DNA of 64,000 bases from Heptranchias perlo (taxonomy: Eukaryota): positions 15,562,001 to 15,626,000 of the forward strand of contig NC_090340.1 of assembly GCF_035084215.1 (NCBI RefSeq). Reading direction: 5' to 3'. The notes beneath the pieces are model-generated. The model had not been told where the DNA came from, did no database searches, and saw nothing but the letters and a program-made list of their open reading frames with translations. Both the position numbers and the translations under genes were made by a program. Below are positions 38,091-48,232 of the stretch, one piece after another (the stretch's first letter is position 1; every line of letters begins with the position of its first letter).

Positions 38091-38387
38091 GTTGGCCAAA
38101 TTCCTCAACTCACGGTGGCGGTGAAAGAGACAAACATCACCTTCTTCTGCCCGTTCCACCTCTTTCAGAAGGAGTCAGATGTAAAGGTTCACTGGTGGAG
38201 ATAGGGTGACGAGGGTTCTTGGACGACGGGGCAGCGAATAAGAGACAGTATAAGCTTCTGAAAAAAGGGGGAGCCATTTTCAATCTCTTGAATGTGAGTT
38301 TTGAGGACTCTGGCCGCTATTACTGCTCCGTGTATTGTCGGGGAAGAATGTTTGGGAATGGAACCGGCTCAGAGTTCCATGAGCCTG
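38091..38387 (+). pseudogene. Ig V-set exon with germline-joined J-like motif (main part, 3' of the LINE insertion)
   Basis: VGQIPQLTVAVKETNITFFCPF..VHWWR*(TAG 38202-38204)GD, a frameshift at about 38205-38218, then LDDG..FNLLNVSFEDSGRYYCSVYCRGRMFGNGTGSEFHEP with G|GTGAGT donor. Has canonical Cys, Trp, DSGxYYC and FGxG. Confidence 0.9.
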
Positions 38388-38512
38388 GTGAGTCGCTGGT
38401 GCTGACTCTGTGTCAATTGTGCAACAGGTATAATACCAAAGGGATACAGAAGTGTCCGAGAATGGGACACCAGCCCAATTTTTTGCGTCCAGTGACAGTA
38501 TGAAGCCACTCT

Positions 38513-38790
38513 AGGGGTGCATTTGTCGATTTACACTGCCGCTTTCCTCCGTGCGCTCTGTGCAATGTAATCCTCCATATTTTAAAAAAAATGGTTTACC
38601 ATTTTCTTACACAGTGCAAGGGTGGAAATCTTCCCCCTTCAATGGCAATGGGGTAGATCTCAACTTTGTGCATTATGTGATAGCAAGTTCAATGGGAATA
38701 AAAACCGGGGGAGATGTAAAACGGGTTGGCAACTGGCTATCATCCGTTTTATTCTATGGCACAAAGTCAAACATGTACTGCAATGTGCGC
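38513..38790. mobile_element. One or two MITEs in the V-C1 intron
   Basis: GGGGTAGATCTCAACTTTGTG..CACAAAGTCAA (38650-38770), same family as 43195-43358. Confidence 0.6.
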
Positions 38791-38994
38791 TAATTGTGGG
38801 CTGATTTCTGGAGGTAAGATTGCTTTGTTTGTTACTGGCTAAATATTCTTTTAGAAAACTATTAAAATTTCACTGGAAAAAGCAAACATAGGGAATCCAT
38901 GTTGTGGGGAAAAGTTGGACTGGTCACTGTATGTAGCAACATTCTAAATACTGGCATGAAATTTTCCTGTGGAAATGGTACATCTTTTCATGGT

Positions 38995-39640
38995 ATAATG
39001 GTATGTTACAGCACAGAAGGGAGCCATTTGGCCCATCGTGCCTGTGTCGGCTCTTTGAAAGCTATCCAATTAGTCCCACTCCCCTGCTCTTCCCCCGTTG
39101 CCCTGTAAATGTTTTCTCTTTTGAAAGTTATTATTGAATCTCCTTCCACGGCTCTTTCAGGCAGTGCATTCCAGATCATAACAACTCTCTGCGTAAAATT
39201 GTTTTCTCATGTTGCCTCTGGTACTTTGGCAATCACCTTAAATCTGTGTCCTTTGGTTACCCACCCTTCTGCCACTGGAAACAGTTTCTCTTTATTTACT
39301 TTATCTAAACCCTTCAAGATTTTGAACACCTCTATCAAATCTCCTCTTAACCCTATCTGCTCTAAGGAGAACAACCCCAGCCTCTCCAGTCTATCCACAT
39401 AACTGAAGTCCCTCATCCCTGGTATCATTCTGGTAAACCTCTTCTGCACCCTCTCTAAGCCCTTGACATCCTTCCTATAGTGTGGTGCCCAGAATTGAAC
39501 ATAATACTTTAGCGGAGGCCTAACCTATCTTTTATAAAGGTTTAGCATAACTTCCTTGCTTTTGCACTCTATGCCCCTATTAATAAAGTCCAGGATTCCA
39601 TATGCTTTTTTAACAGCCTTTTCAATTTGTCCTGGCACCT
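38995..39640 (-). mobile_element. CR1 3' fragment
   Basis: RFTRMIPGMRDFSYVDRLERLGLFSLE; 3' GGGCCAAATGGC. Confidence 0.92.
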
Positions 39641-40039
39641 TTTGGATCAGCTTTCTGATTTCAGTAGAAACAAGACCACAAGAGACCTTTGTGAATACAT
39701 GTCCCTACACATAGCGGCCACAGGAAACCCTCCCTCAGGTTCCTTTCCACACTTTTTATTTCCACGGGGATTCCGCCGAAAAGCCACGAATTCCCGTTTT
39801 TCCGGGGTTTCCGCGGCTCTTCCGCCGAAGTTACGGGGGACCAGCGGGAGAACCCCGGTGGAAGTTTTTATGATGTCCTTGTGAAATAAGGAATAGTCCG
39901 CTGTTTTGAAGTTTTAAAGTTCCTGGAATATTAGCAGGTTCCTGATAATCATATGTATATAAATTATATGACATGAGCGAAAGTTTCAAGCTGTTTGAAA
40001 CGAATGGAAGATATTAGAGCAGAAATTAGCATCCCAACC

Positions 40040-40628
40040 GTTCTGACGGGAATACTTAAGGAGCTGAAGGGAGCAGTTGGGAGATTTTTTTTTACACACA
40101 GGGTTGTTGGGACACGGAATACCCTTTCAGAAACAGTAATGGAAGCAGAATCTATAATCACTTTTTTAAAAGGAAAGTGGATAAATATTTGAAAAATTAC
40201 AAATGAAAAGGGTATGGGCAGAGGAATGAGGCTAAGTGGGTTGCTCTTTCAGAGCCCACACAGGCACACTGAGCCAAATGGACTCCTGCACCGTAAAGTC
40301 CTATGATTCCATAAACAGATAACCATGATTCGGTAATCAGAGGAAAACAGATTTAAGATCATTGGCAAAAGAACCAGAGATGAGATGATGAGATTTTTTT
40401 TTACACAGCAAGTTGTTATGATCTGGAATGCACTGCCTGAAAGGGTGGTAGAAGCAGATTCAATAGTAACTTTCAAAAGGGAATTGGATATATACTTAAA
40501 AATGTAAATGTTGCAGGGCTATGGGGAAAGAACAAGGGAGTGGGACTAATTGGATAGCTCTTTGAAAGAGCCAGAACAGGTACGATGGGCCGAATAGCCT
40601 CCTTCTGTGCTGTTTGATTCTGATTCTA
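40040..40628 (+). mobile_element. Two tandem CR1 3' fragments
   Basis: FFTHRVV / FFTQQVV..WNALPE motifs, each followed by a GGCCnAATGG-type end and CTATGATT-type tail. Confidence 0.8.
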
Positions 40629-40821
40629 CCAAATATGGTACTTTTCTCTCTCCGTTATGGAGCCTATAATTTCTACCTTAAAATTTAGTATTATTTAAAA
40701 ACACGGAAATTAAAAACACAATGTGAAACGGATCCGTCCTAACTCGTGTTCTAAATTATAGACTACAGAAATAAAATAATAACTAGTATTTCAAACACAA
40801 AAGCAATTTTTTCCACCCAAG

Positions 40822-41122
40822 CTCGGCCCACTCCTCTGAGGATCGTCTTGGTTAGGTCTGAATTCCGACCATCCACCTCTCTGACTCTCCTGTGTAAAAC
40901 AGCTAAGTTTTACCCTGAGGATCTCAATGTCACTTGGTATAAAGACAACGAAGAAATTGTAACCGGGATCAATACTACTAAACAGCGAAGCAAGTTGGGA
41001 CTGTATGAGGCTTCCAGCTCTTTAATGGATACGGCGCCTGTCCGGCAGTGGAACTATTCACAGCTGCCGAGTGTCTCATGTCTCTCTTCAGACTCCAGCC
41101 AGCGTGAATTAAAACTTTGAAG
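40822..41122 (+). pseudogene. Ig C1-set exon
   Basis: (A)RPTPLRIV..SLTLLCKTAKFYPEDLNVTWYKD..GLYEASSSL.., a +1 frameshift at about 41046, then SGTIHSCRVSHVSLQTPASVN*(TAA 41110-41112)NFE with G|GT donor. C-x4-FYP..W and CxVxH are C1-set hallmarks. Confidence 0.9.
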
Positions 41123-41418
41123 GTACTGTCAATATATTTTTCAGACACGTTGGCTCGATCACAGTTTTTCCCAATACAAAGACAAGTTTGTGAACACTTC
41201 TGTGAACATTTGATGCTACTGCACTTGTTAATTACATTGAGGATCTGTATGTCAGATTGTTGGCATTTTATTTAATTATTTTTTGAAAGATATCTGCATT
41301 TATGTTAAATGACCTTTACATGATTAGTTCTGATCCCGCGTATCCCCGGGTTTTCTTGCTAGCTTAATTGACACTATTGCCCGTCGGCCTTACATTTCCG
41401 TTACTCCGTGTTTGCTAG

Positions 41419-41520
41419 TGCTGCTAACGACTCTGTCCTCTTTTTGGTGCCTCGATATTTAGGGGGTATATTGGTCATAGCGGTGCTGATAGCCTTCGTT
41501 GGGAATTATTTTAAACTGAG
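41419..41520 (+). pseudogene. Probable transmembrane exon of the VJ-C1 pseudogene
   Basis: AANDSVLFLVPRYLGGILVIAVLIAFVGNYFKL followed by a strong AG|GTAATG donor. The acceptor phase is off by one relative to the C1 exon (another lesion or wrong acceptor). Confidence 0.6.
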
Positions 41521-42694
41521 GTAATGTCAAACGTGAGATATACATTTATTACCAGAGCGCAATGTCGCTTTACACATCAAATCTTTGTGGTAAATAAGGC
41601 AATAACGTCGCGTTAACTGATAGGAGATGAAAATGAATTTTCTTTGAAGGTGGACATTTATATCACAATTTACACATTGGAAGTAATGAGGTGTCTATCC
41701 AAGGTCAATAGTTGGCGCAGAATTCTGTCAACTATATGTCCAGACCAACAGTACCCCACAAACGTCAAAGATCTCCTCTGGTTCCTGTGTGTTGCAAAAA
41801 TATGTGGAGGATTTCCATGTTCTAGGGAAATAGTAGAAATGTTTTAAGAGAAGCTGTTTAGGATTTCACTAGAAATAGTAACCGGAGGAAATCTCTCCCC
41901 CCCCCCCCCCGCCCCACCCCGGTTATTAAACAGGAATCCAAATTCAACCTCCTCGTTATCGGACTAATTATTTGTGTCAGGACAATTATTTTAAAGGAGG
42001 AAGAATTGCGCTGATGCATTTTAAGGAGTGTTTGTGATTTGGCTGCAAGTAGCCAGAGCGGGTTCCTCCAATCGCATTGTGATTTACCAGGTCTGCTCAG
42101 TTATGAAGCTGCTTTTCTTGATTCAGTGCATATTGAGCAACTCAATACAATATCCAGAACCAGAGTTTACATTTAGGCGCGGTTGCAGAGAAAATGTGTC
42201 AGCAAGGAGCAATATAATCAATCTACCAGATGTTTGTTTATTGGTAAACTGAAAGTAGATTACGTTTGTTCCAATAGTTGGATTGGAGTCTGATTTAAAC
42301 ATGTTTACAGTGATCACAGTGCTATAAACTGGGAGTAATCTGATAAACTCGTTAAAGTTTGAAACACATACGTTACCCAATCTGTTCCTGGTTAAAAATA
42401 ATCAATAACCAATGGGCCAATCGCCAAATGCTGTGTGTACGGACCGGGAAGATCGCAGGTTCCATCCCAGGACTATGCTGAACTAGCTGATTTCTGCTAT
42501 GGGGCAGTAGGGTCTCATTAGATTGTTCTTGGGCTCGAGAGATAGTTGATGGGGGTGATAGGGAATTCAGCCAGGTTAAACTGATCCATATCCAATTATT
42601 TATTCGGAAAGACTTGACGTGTGAAGTTCAGGTGAATGCGGGATACTTGGCTGTGATGTCCCCCTCCCTTGAGTCCGAAAACCTGCTGTCACTT

Positions 42695-44420
42695 AGGGGT
42701 ATAGATTCATTTTGGACAGTGGCGTAAAATGGCAGCCCCTTTTACGCTCCGTCCGATTTAAATTTTCACTGAAGTCAATGGAAAAGAAAATCAGGCAGAA
42801 TCCGAAAAGAATTGGGTCTGGCCAGTTTTGCACTATCGCCCGAGCTGAATTTATACCCCTTACTGTCTAGACTCAACCTTAAAAGTTGGTCACTTGGGAT
42901 TCATACTAGAGGGTGTATTGCCAACATTGAAACAGGAGTCAGCACATTTGGGAGAGGACGGGTAACATTGGAAAGGAAGATGTATGTGTGTGGGGGAGGG
43001 GGGTATTAATCGATCAAAGTAATCAGTACTTGAATCCACTGCCAATATGAAGTGTTGTGTTTCTTTACCAGGTCATGCAAGAAATAACTGAATGGAACCT
43101 GACCTACTGTGCTGAAAATTTCAGTCTCCAAGGAAATTGTAAGACTGGTATACTGTACAGAGTATGACTCTCAAGCCTCAATGTGTGTGTCATGGGGGTA
43201 GATTTTGACTTTGTGCAGATATTGTAAAACGGGTGTTTTACATCTCTCTTGATTTTATTTCCATTGAAGTCAATCAGAGAGAGAGAGAGAGATGTAAAAT
43301 GAGCTGCCGATTTGCTGTCACCCGTTTTATGCTATCACACAAAGTCAAAATCTACCCCATTTTTCAGGTACCACCTGATATCTAGATTCAATAGTTATAC
43401 TGTTACCCTCCACAAGCTGTATTACAAGTATTACTAATTTGATTTTTTTCTATACATGTTTTTTTTTTGCAAAAGTTGGTAGCCGAACTTCTGGTTAAAA
43501 TCACAGAAATAAATATTCGATAATGATGACCAGTGATTGAATTAATAAAAGCAGAGGATATTGGGATAGATCTTGACTTTGTACAATAGTGTAAAACGGG
43601 TGATAGGGAGTTGGCGCCCGTTTCACATCTCCCCATTTCTATTTCCCTTGAAGTCAGTGGAAATAAAAATAGGGGGAGATGTAAAACGGGCCGCCGACTA
43701 CCTATCACCCGTTACAGACTCTCGTACAAAGTCAAGATCTATCCCCTGTTCTCCTTAGAAGAAAACGTTCCAATGTGTGTTTAATAGGAATAAACTTGGA
43801 CGTGTTTGAATTTTCTTTTAACTTCCATGGATACATTTGGGGAGGTAGGATAACTGTTATTGTGTTTAAATTAGTACGTGTTATATACAAAGTATTGAGA
43901 GTATTACTTCCACTACAAAGCACATGGGGGTAGATTTTCAACTTGCCACCCAGGCGTAAAACTGGCGTTTTGAATCGGTCATTGTTATAGGAACCGCCAG
44001 ATTTTCAATTCCATCTTATGCACCAGCTCAGTAAGTTGAAAATCTAACCCATCCTGCTGTGTAATGCCAGCCTTTTATTGGAATTTGTTATTTCTGTTTG
44101 TACTTTCATGGAGTTTATTCAATAAAAGATTTTCAGTGCAATGTCTCTTAAGACAAAGTGATTATTTAAATTATTTCCTTGGCATAAATGGTAAGAATAT
44201 AGGAAATGAGAATTTAAATAAGAATTTAAAAAATATTGCAGTCTTCAGAGTCCATAGGGGTCATTTTAACAGTGGGCGACGGTGTAAAACGGGCGATATA
44301 GAATTAGCCGCCTGTTATTATACACCACGGCCGATTTTCCTTTCCACTGAAGTCATTGAAAATCGGGCTTGGCGTATAACGGACGGCCAAATCGATATCG
44401 TCCAAAGTTAAAATTACCCT
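42695..44420. mobile_element. Cluster of palindromic MITEs (about 42695-42860, 43195-43358, 43562-43746, 43926-44050, 44256-44420)
   Basis: TIRs such as GGGGTAGATTTTGACTTTGTG / CACAAAGTCAAAATCTACCCC and GGGGATAGATCTTGACTTTGTAC / GTACAAAGTCAAGATCTATCCCC; internal GTAAAACGGG and central TGAAGTCA. Confidence 0.8.
43072..43087 (+). pseudogene. Probable terminal coding exon (RSCKK-stop)
   Basis: Strong TGTTTCTTTACCAG acceptor; phase 2 matches the TM donor; TAA at 43085-43087. Candidate AATAAA signals downstream, e.g. 44121. Confidence 0.5.
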
Positions 44421-44503
44421 CATGTTTCCCTTACTTTGATGTTTTGTTAGTATTTCCTCCATGGGCTCCTACCAGGCTAGAGTTAATTATAGACATGACA
44501 CTG

Positions 44504-44730
44504 TGGGGATCTAATCAGTGACTCGCCTCTGAGAACCTGTTCAATGATCCTCCTTGGGAAACCCAATCAATGAGTTTATTTTGGAGGCCTGACTAGTGAT
44601 CCCCCGCATCCCATCAGTGGCTCTCCTCTAAGGACCGAATCAATGACTCTTCCTTTGGAGACCTGATCAATGATTTCCCTCAGAACCTTATCAAAAACCC
44701 TTCTCCGGGGATCTGATCAATGGCCTTCCT
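44504..44730. repeat. Diverged ~27-bp tandem repeat
   Basis: About 8 recurrences of GACCTGATCAATGAnTCTCC-like units. Confidence 0.65.
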
Positions 44731-45436
44731 TTTCCAAAGAGTGTTGAATTTATCCTACTGGTCCACCTCATCCGGACAGCTGTACCAGTGCCCATAGATA
44801 TATGTTAAATACTGGGGTGTGGAGCAGCAACCTCCCCACCTTCCCATTCCAGAGTGCAATCTGCATACTGAGGAGATCAGCAGAGAGTTGCTCTACAATC
44901 CAAGCTGTGCCCAGTACACCACTCTCACCAAAATGAATGCAATGGATTCTAATCAATTGTCTGATGATGTTGCCCAAAACACTTTCATTCTTCAATAAAT
45001 CTAAAGCTGTTTGGCATCAACAATGCACTGTCTGAACTGGATGTGAAATCCAATACAGTTGAAGACCTCCCCGGTGAAGAAGACTAATGTCCAGATTTTA
45101 CACTGTAGCCTATGCAACGCAACCAATGCCGCCATTGGATAGTAATGAAGTTAAGTTCATTGGGTGGAATTTCTGCAGGGGATTCTCCCAATTTCCTGCC
45201 ATAATTTTGGTAAAAGATTGACGGAAACCCCTGAGAGAAAGCTAAATGGCCATTTACAGCATTTCTCCAGAGTTTCGGAGATCTTCCACCGGAGTTAGGG
45301 CTGACCATCAGACAAGAAAATTCAAACCCTAGCAGCTCAATGGTGTAATCTGCAGCACTGTTAATCAGTTCCACAGATGTACAGTCAGTAATTCTGGCAG
45401 GGAAGGGGTCTACCGATCCTCCACATAGATTCTGTG

Positions 45437-46745
45437 GGATATTGGTGAAATTCGGAGAAACAAGATCCAATTTTCACTTGGGAAAATCAGCATAAATGGG
45501 GTGATATGAGTCTAAAAATGGGTTCTGTAGCCTTACATAGGACATAGGAACATAGACACAGGAGTAGGCCATTCAGCCTCTTGAGTCTGCTTCACCATTC
45601 AATTAGATCATGGCTGTTCTGCATCTCAACTACATTTACTTGCCTTAGCACTATAGCCCTTGATTCCGTTACCTAACAAAAATCTATCTATCTCAGTCTT
45701 GAAAGCTCCAATTGTCCCAGCATCTACAGACTTTCGGGGAGAGGGTTCTAGATTTCTACAACCCTTTGGGTGAAAACGTGCTTCCTGATTTCACTCCTGT
45801 ATGACCTGACTCTAATTTTTAAATTATGTCTCTTTGTTCTGAATTTCCCATCAGAGGAAATAGTTTCCCTGTATCTACCCTACTGAATTCATTTAACTGC
45901 TGGAAGGAGCAGGAGTGCTCCTCCTGGCTTCACAGAAATACAGGCCTTTGCCAGCCTGGCTTCACCCCGCCTCAGCATTGTGACCCACCACTCCCCCACC
46001 CCTGCGCTCCGAGCACCTACCTGTGGATCTCCGCCAGTGTCCAAGCTGGCTGACATTCCTCAGGCTGAAGATCGGTGAGCTACATCAGGACAACTGTTGG
46101 CATTTGCAACTCACCTGCCAGATTCACCTGAGGCTGAGGCCTCAAAATCGTGGCCAAAAACTGTTTTCTACTGCTACTGTTGGATCCATATAAATGGGCA
46201 GGGCGTATTGACAAGGGTTACAGAGGCTGTAAACTCAGCCCAATGATCAAAAATGTACTGGGCGAATTATTTCCTGGCAGAGATTTTTTTGCCAATGGAA
46301 TTATAGTAAATAGTCTAACTTAGATCTGATATAAAGGGACCAGTTCTGGGGCAGGAGGGACCTGTTCAAGATGTCCTCATGGGGTGGTTAACTAGTGCTG
46401 TGGTGGGGGGGGGGGGATTTAACTAAATGTAGAAATCTGGACCCCTCACCCCAAAAGTCTGTAGATGCTGGGACAATTGGAGCTTTCGAGACTGAGATCA
46501 ATAGATTTTTGTTGGGTAAGAATATCAAGGGCTACAGTGCTAAGGTAGGTAAATGAAGTTGAGATGCAGAACAGCCATGATTTAATTGAATGGTAGAGCA
46601 GGATCGAGAGGTTGAATGGCCTACTCCTGTGTCTATGTTCCTATCGTAAGGCTACAGAACCCATTTTTAGTCTCATATCACCCTACTTATGCCAATTTTC
46701 CTAAGTGAAAATTGGATCTTGTTTCTCTGAATTTCACCAATCTCC
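45437..46745. repeat. Inverted duplication: arms 45437-45760 and 46428-46745 (CR1 3' end plus about 100 bp flank)
   Basis: ATTGGTGAAATTC..CAAGATCCAATTTTCACTT..TAAAAATGGGTTCTGTAGCCTTAC is mirrored at 46646-46745. Confidence 0.9.
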
Positions 46746-46749
46746 ATTA

Positions 46750-48232
46750 TTATAGGTATATTATAGGCCACCAAATAGTGGGAAAGAGATAAAGGAGCAA
46801 ACTTGCAAGCAAATTACAGAAAGATGCAAGAGTAGTGATAATGGAGGACATAAATTATCCCAATTTAGACTGGGATAGTAACAGTGTAAAGGGCAAAGAG
46901 GGGGAGGAATTCCTGAAATGTGTACAAACGAACTTTCTTGATCAGTATGTTTCCAGCCCAACGAGGAAAGGAGCAGTGCTGGATCTAGTTCTGGGGAACG
47001 AAGTGGGGCAAGTGGAGCATGTTTCAGTGGGGCAGCATGTTGGGGAAGTTATTTTAATATTACATCGAAACTACAGCACAGAAAGTGGCCATTCAGCCCA
47101 ACTGGTCTATGCCAGCGTTTATGCTCCACACCAGCCTCCTCTCTCCCTACTTCATCTAACCCTATCAGTACATCCTTCTATTCCTTTTTCCCTCATGTGT
47201 TTATCTAGTTTCCCCTTAAATGCATCAATGCTATTTGCCTCAACTGCTCCTTGTGGTAGCGCGTTCCACATTCTTACCACTCTTTAGTTAAAGAAGTTTC
47301 TCCTGAATTCCCTATTGGATTTATTAGTGACTATCTTAGATTGATGACCACTAGTTTTGGACTCCCAACAAGTGGAAATATTTTCTCTACATCTACCCCA
47401 TCAAACCTTATCATTATCTTAAAGACCTCTATCAGGTCACCCCTCAGCCTTCTCTTTTCTCGAGAGAAAAGCCCCAGCCTGTTCAGCCTTTCCCGATAAG
47501 GATATCCTCTCAGTCTTTGTAAATCTTCTTTGCACTCTCTCCAATGCTTCTATGTCCTTTCTATAATATGGAGACCAGCACTGTGCACAGTACTCCAAAT
47601 GTGGTCTAACCAAGGTTCTATACAAGTTTAACATAACTTCTCTGCTTTTCAATTCTATCCTCCTAGGAATGAACCCCAGTGCTTTTTATGGTCTTAATAA
47701 CCTGCATTGTTACTTTTAGTGATTTGTGTATCTGTACCCCTAGATCCCTTTGCTCCTCTATCCTGTTATTATTCAAGCAGTATGTGGCCTCCTTATTCTT
47801 CCTACCAAAATGCACCACCTCACACTTATCTATATTGAAATTCATTTGCCAATTACACGCCAATGCTGCAAGTTTGTTAATGTCGTCTTGCATTTTGACA
47901 AATTCTTCCTTTATATTACCTACACCCCCCAATTTGGTGTCGTCTGCAAATTTTGACATTGTACTTCCAATTATTGTACCATCAGGTTTAGTATAATTTG
48001 GAAAAGAACAAGAAACAATCAAGCATAAAAATACTTAACTGAACGAGGGCTAATTTCATTGAGTTAAAAAGGGAGCTGGCCCAGGTTAACTGGAATCAGA
48101 AATTGAGAGGCAAAACAATAATTGAACAATGGGAGGCCTCCAAGGAGGAGATGGGTCAGGTACAGAGTAGACACATTCCCACGAGGAGCAACGATAGGGC
48201 ATCCAAAGCTCGAGTTCCCTGGATAACTAAAT
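46750..48232. mobile_element. Plus-strand CR1 APE fragment (46750-47045, 48040-48232) interrupted by a minus-strand CR1 3' fragment (about 47060-47972)
   Basis: FLDQYVSSPTRKGAVLDLVLGNE on +; [11 protein letters not shown] and [11 protein letters not shown] on -. Confidence 0.85.

Larger units (their letters stand above)
36003..43087 (+). pseudogene. Non-rearranging VJ-C1 Ig-superfamily receptor pseudogene (leader, V, C1, TM, short tail)
   Basis: Leader 36003-36042; V exon 36236-38387 interrupted by a LINE; C1 exon 40822-41122; TM exon about 41419-41520; terminal exon 43072-43087. Phase-1 introns flank both Ig exons. Stops and frameshifts in V and C1. Confidence 0.85.

Noticed and set aside
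38330-38420. Recombination signal sequence after the V domain (rearranging Ig/TCR segment)
   Set aside because: No CACAGTG heptamer/nonamer follows YYC; the exon runs through FGNG to a splice donor.
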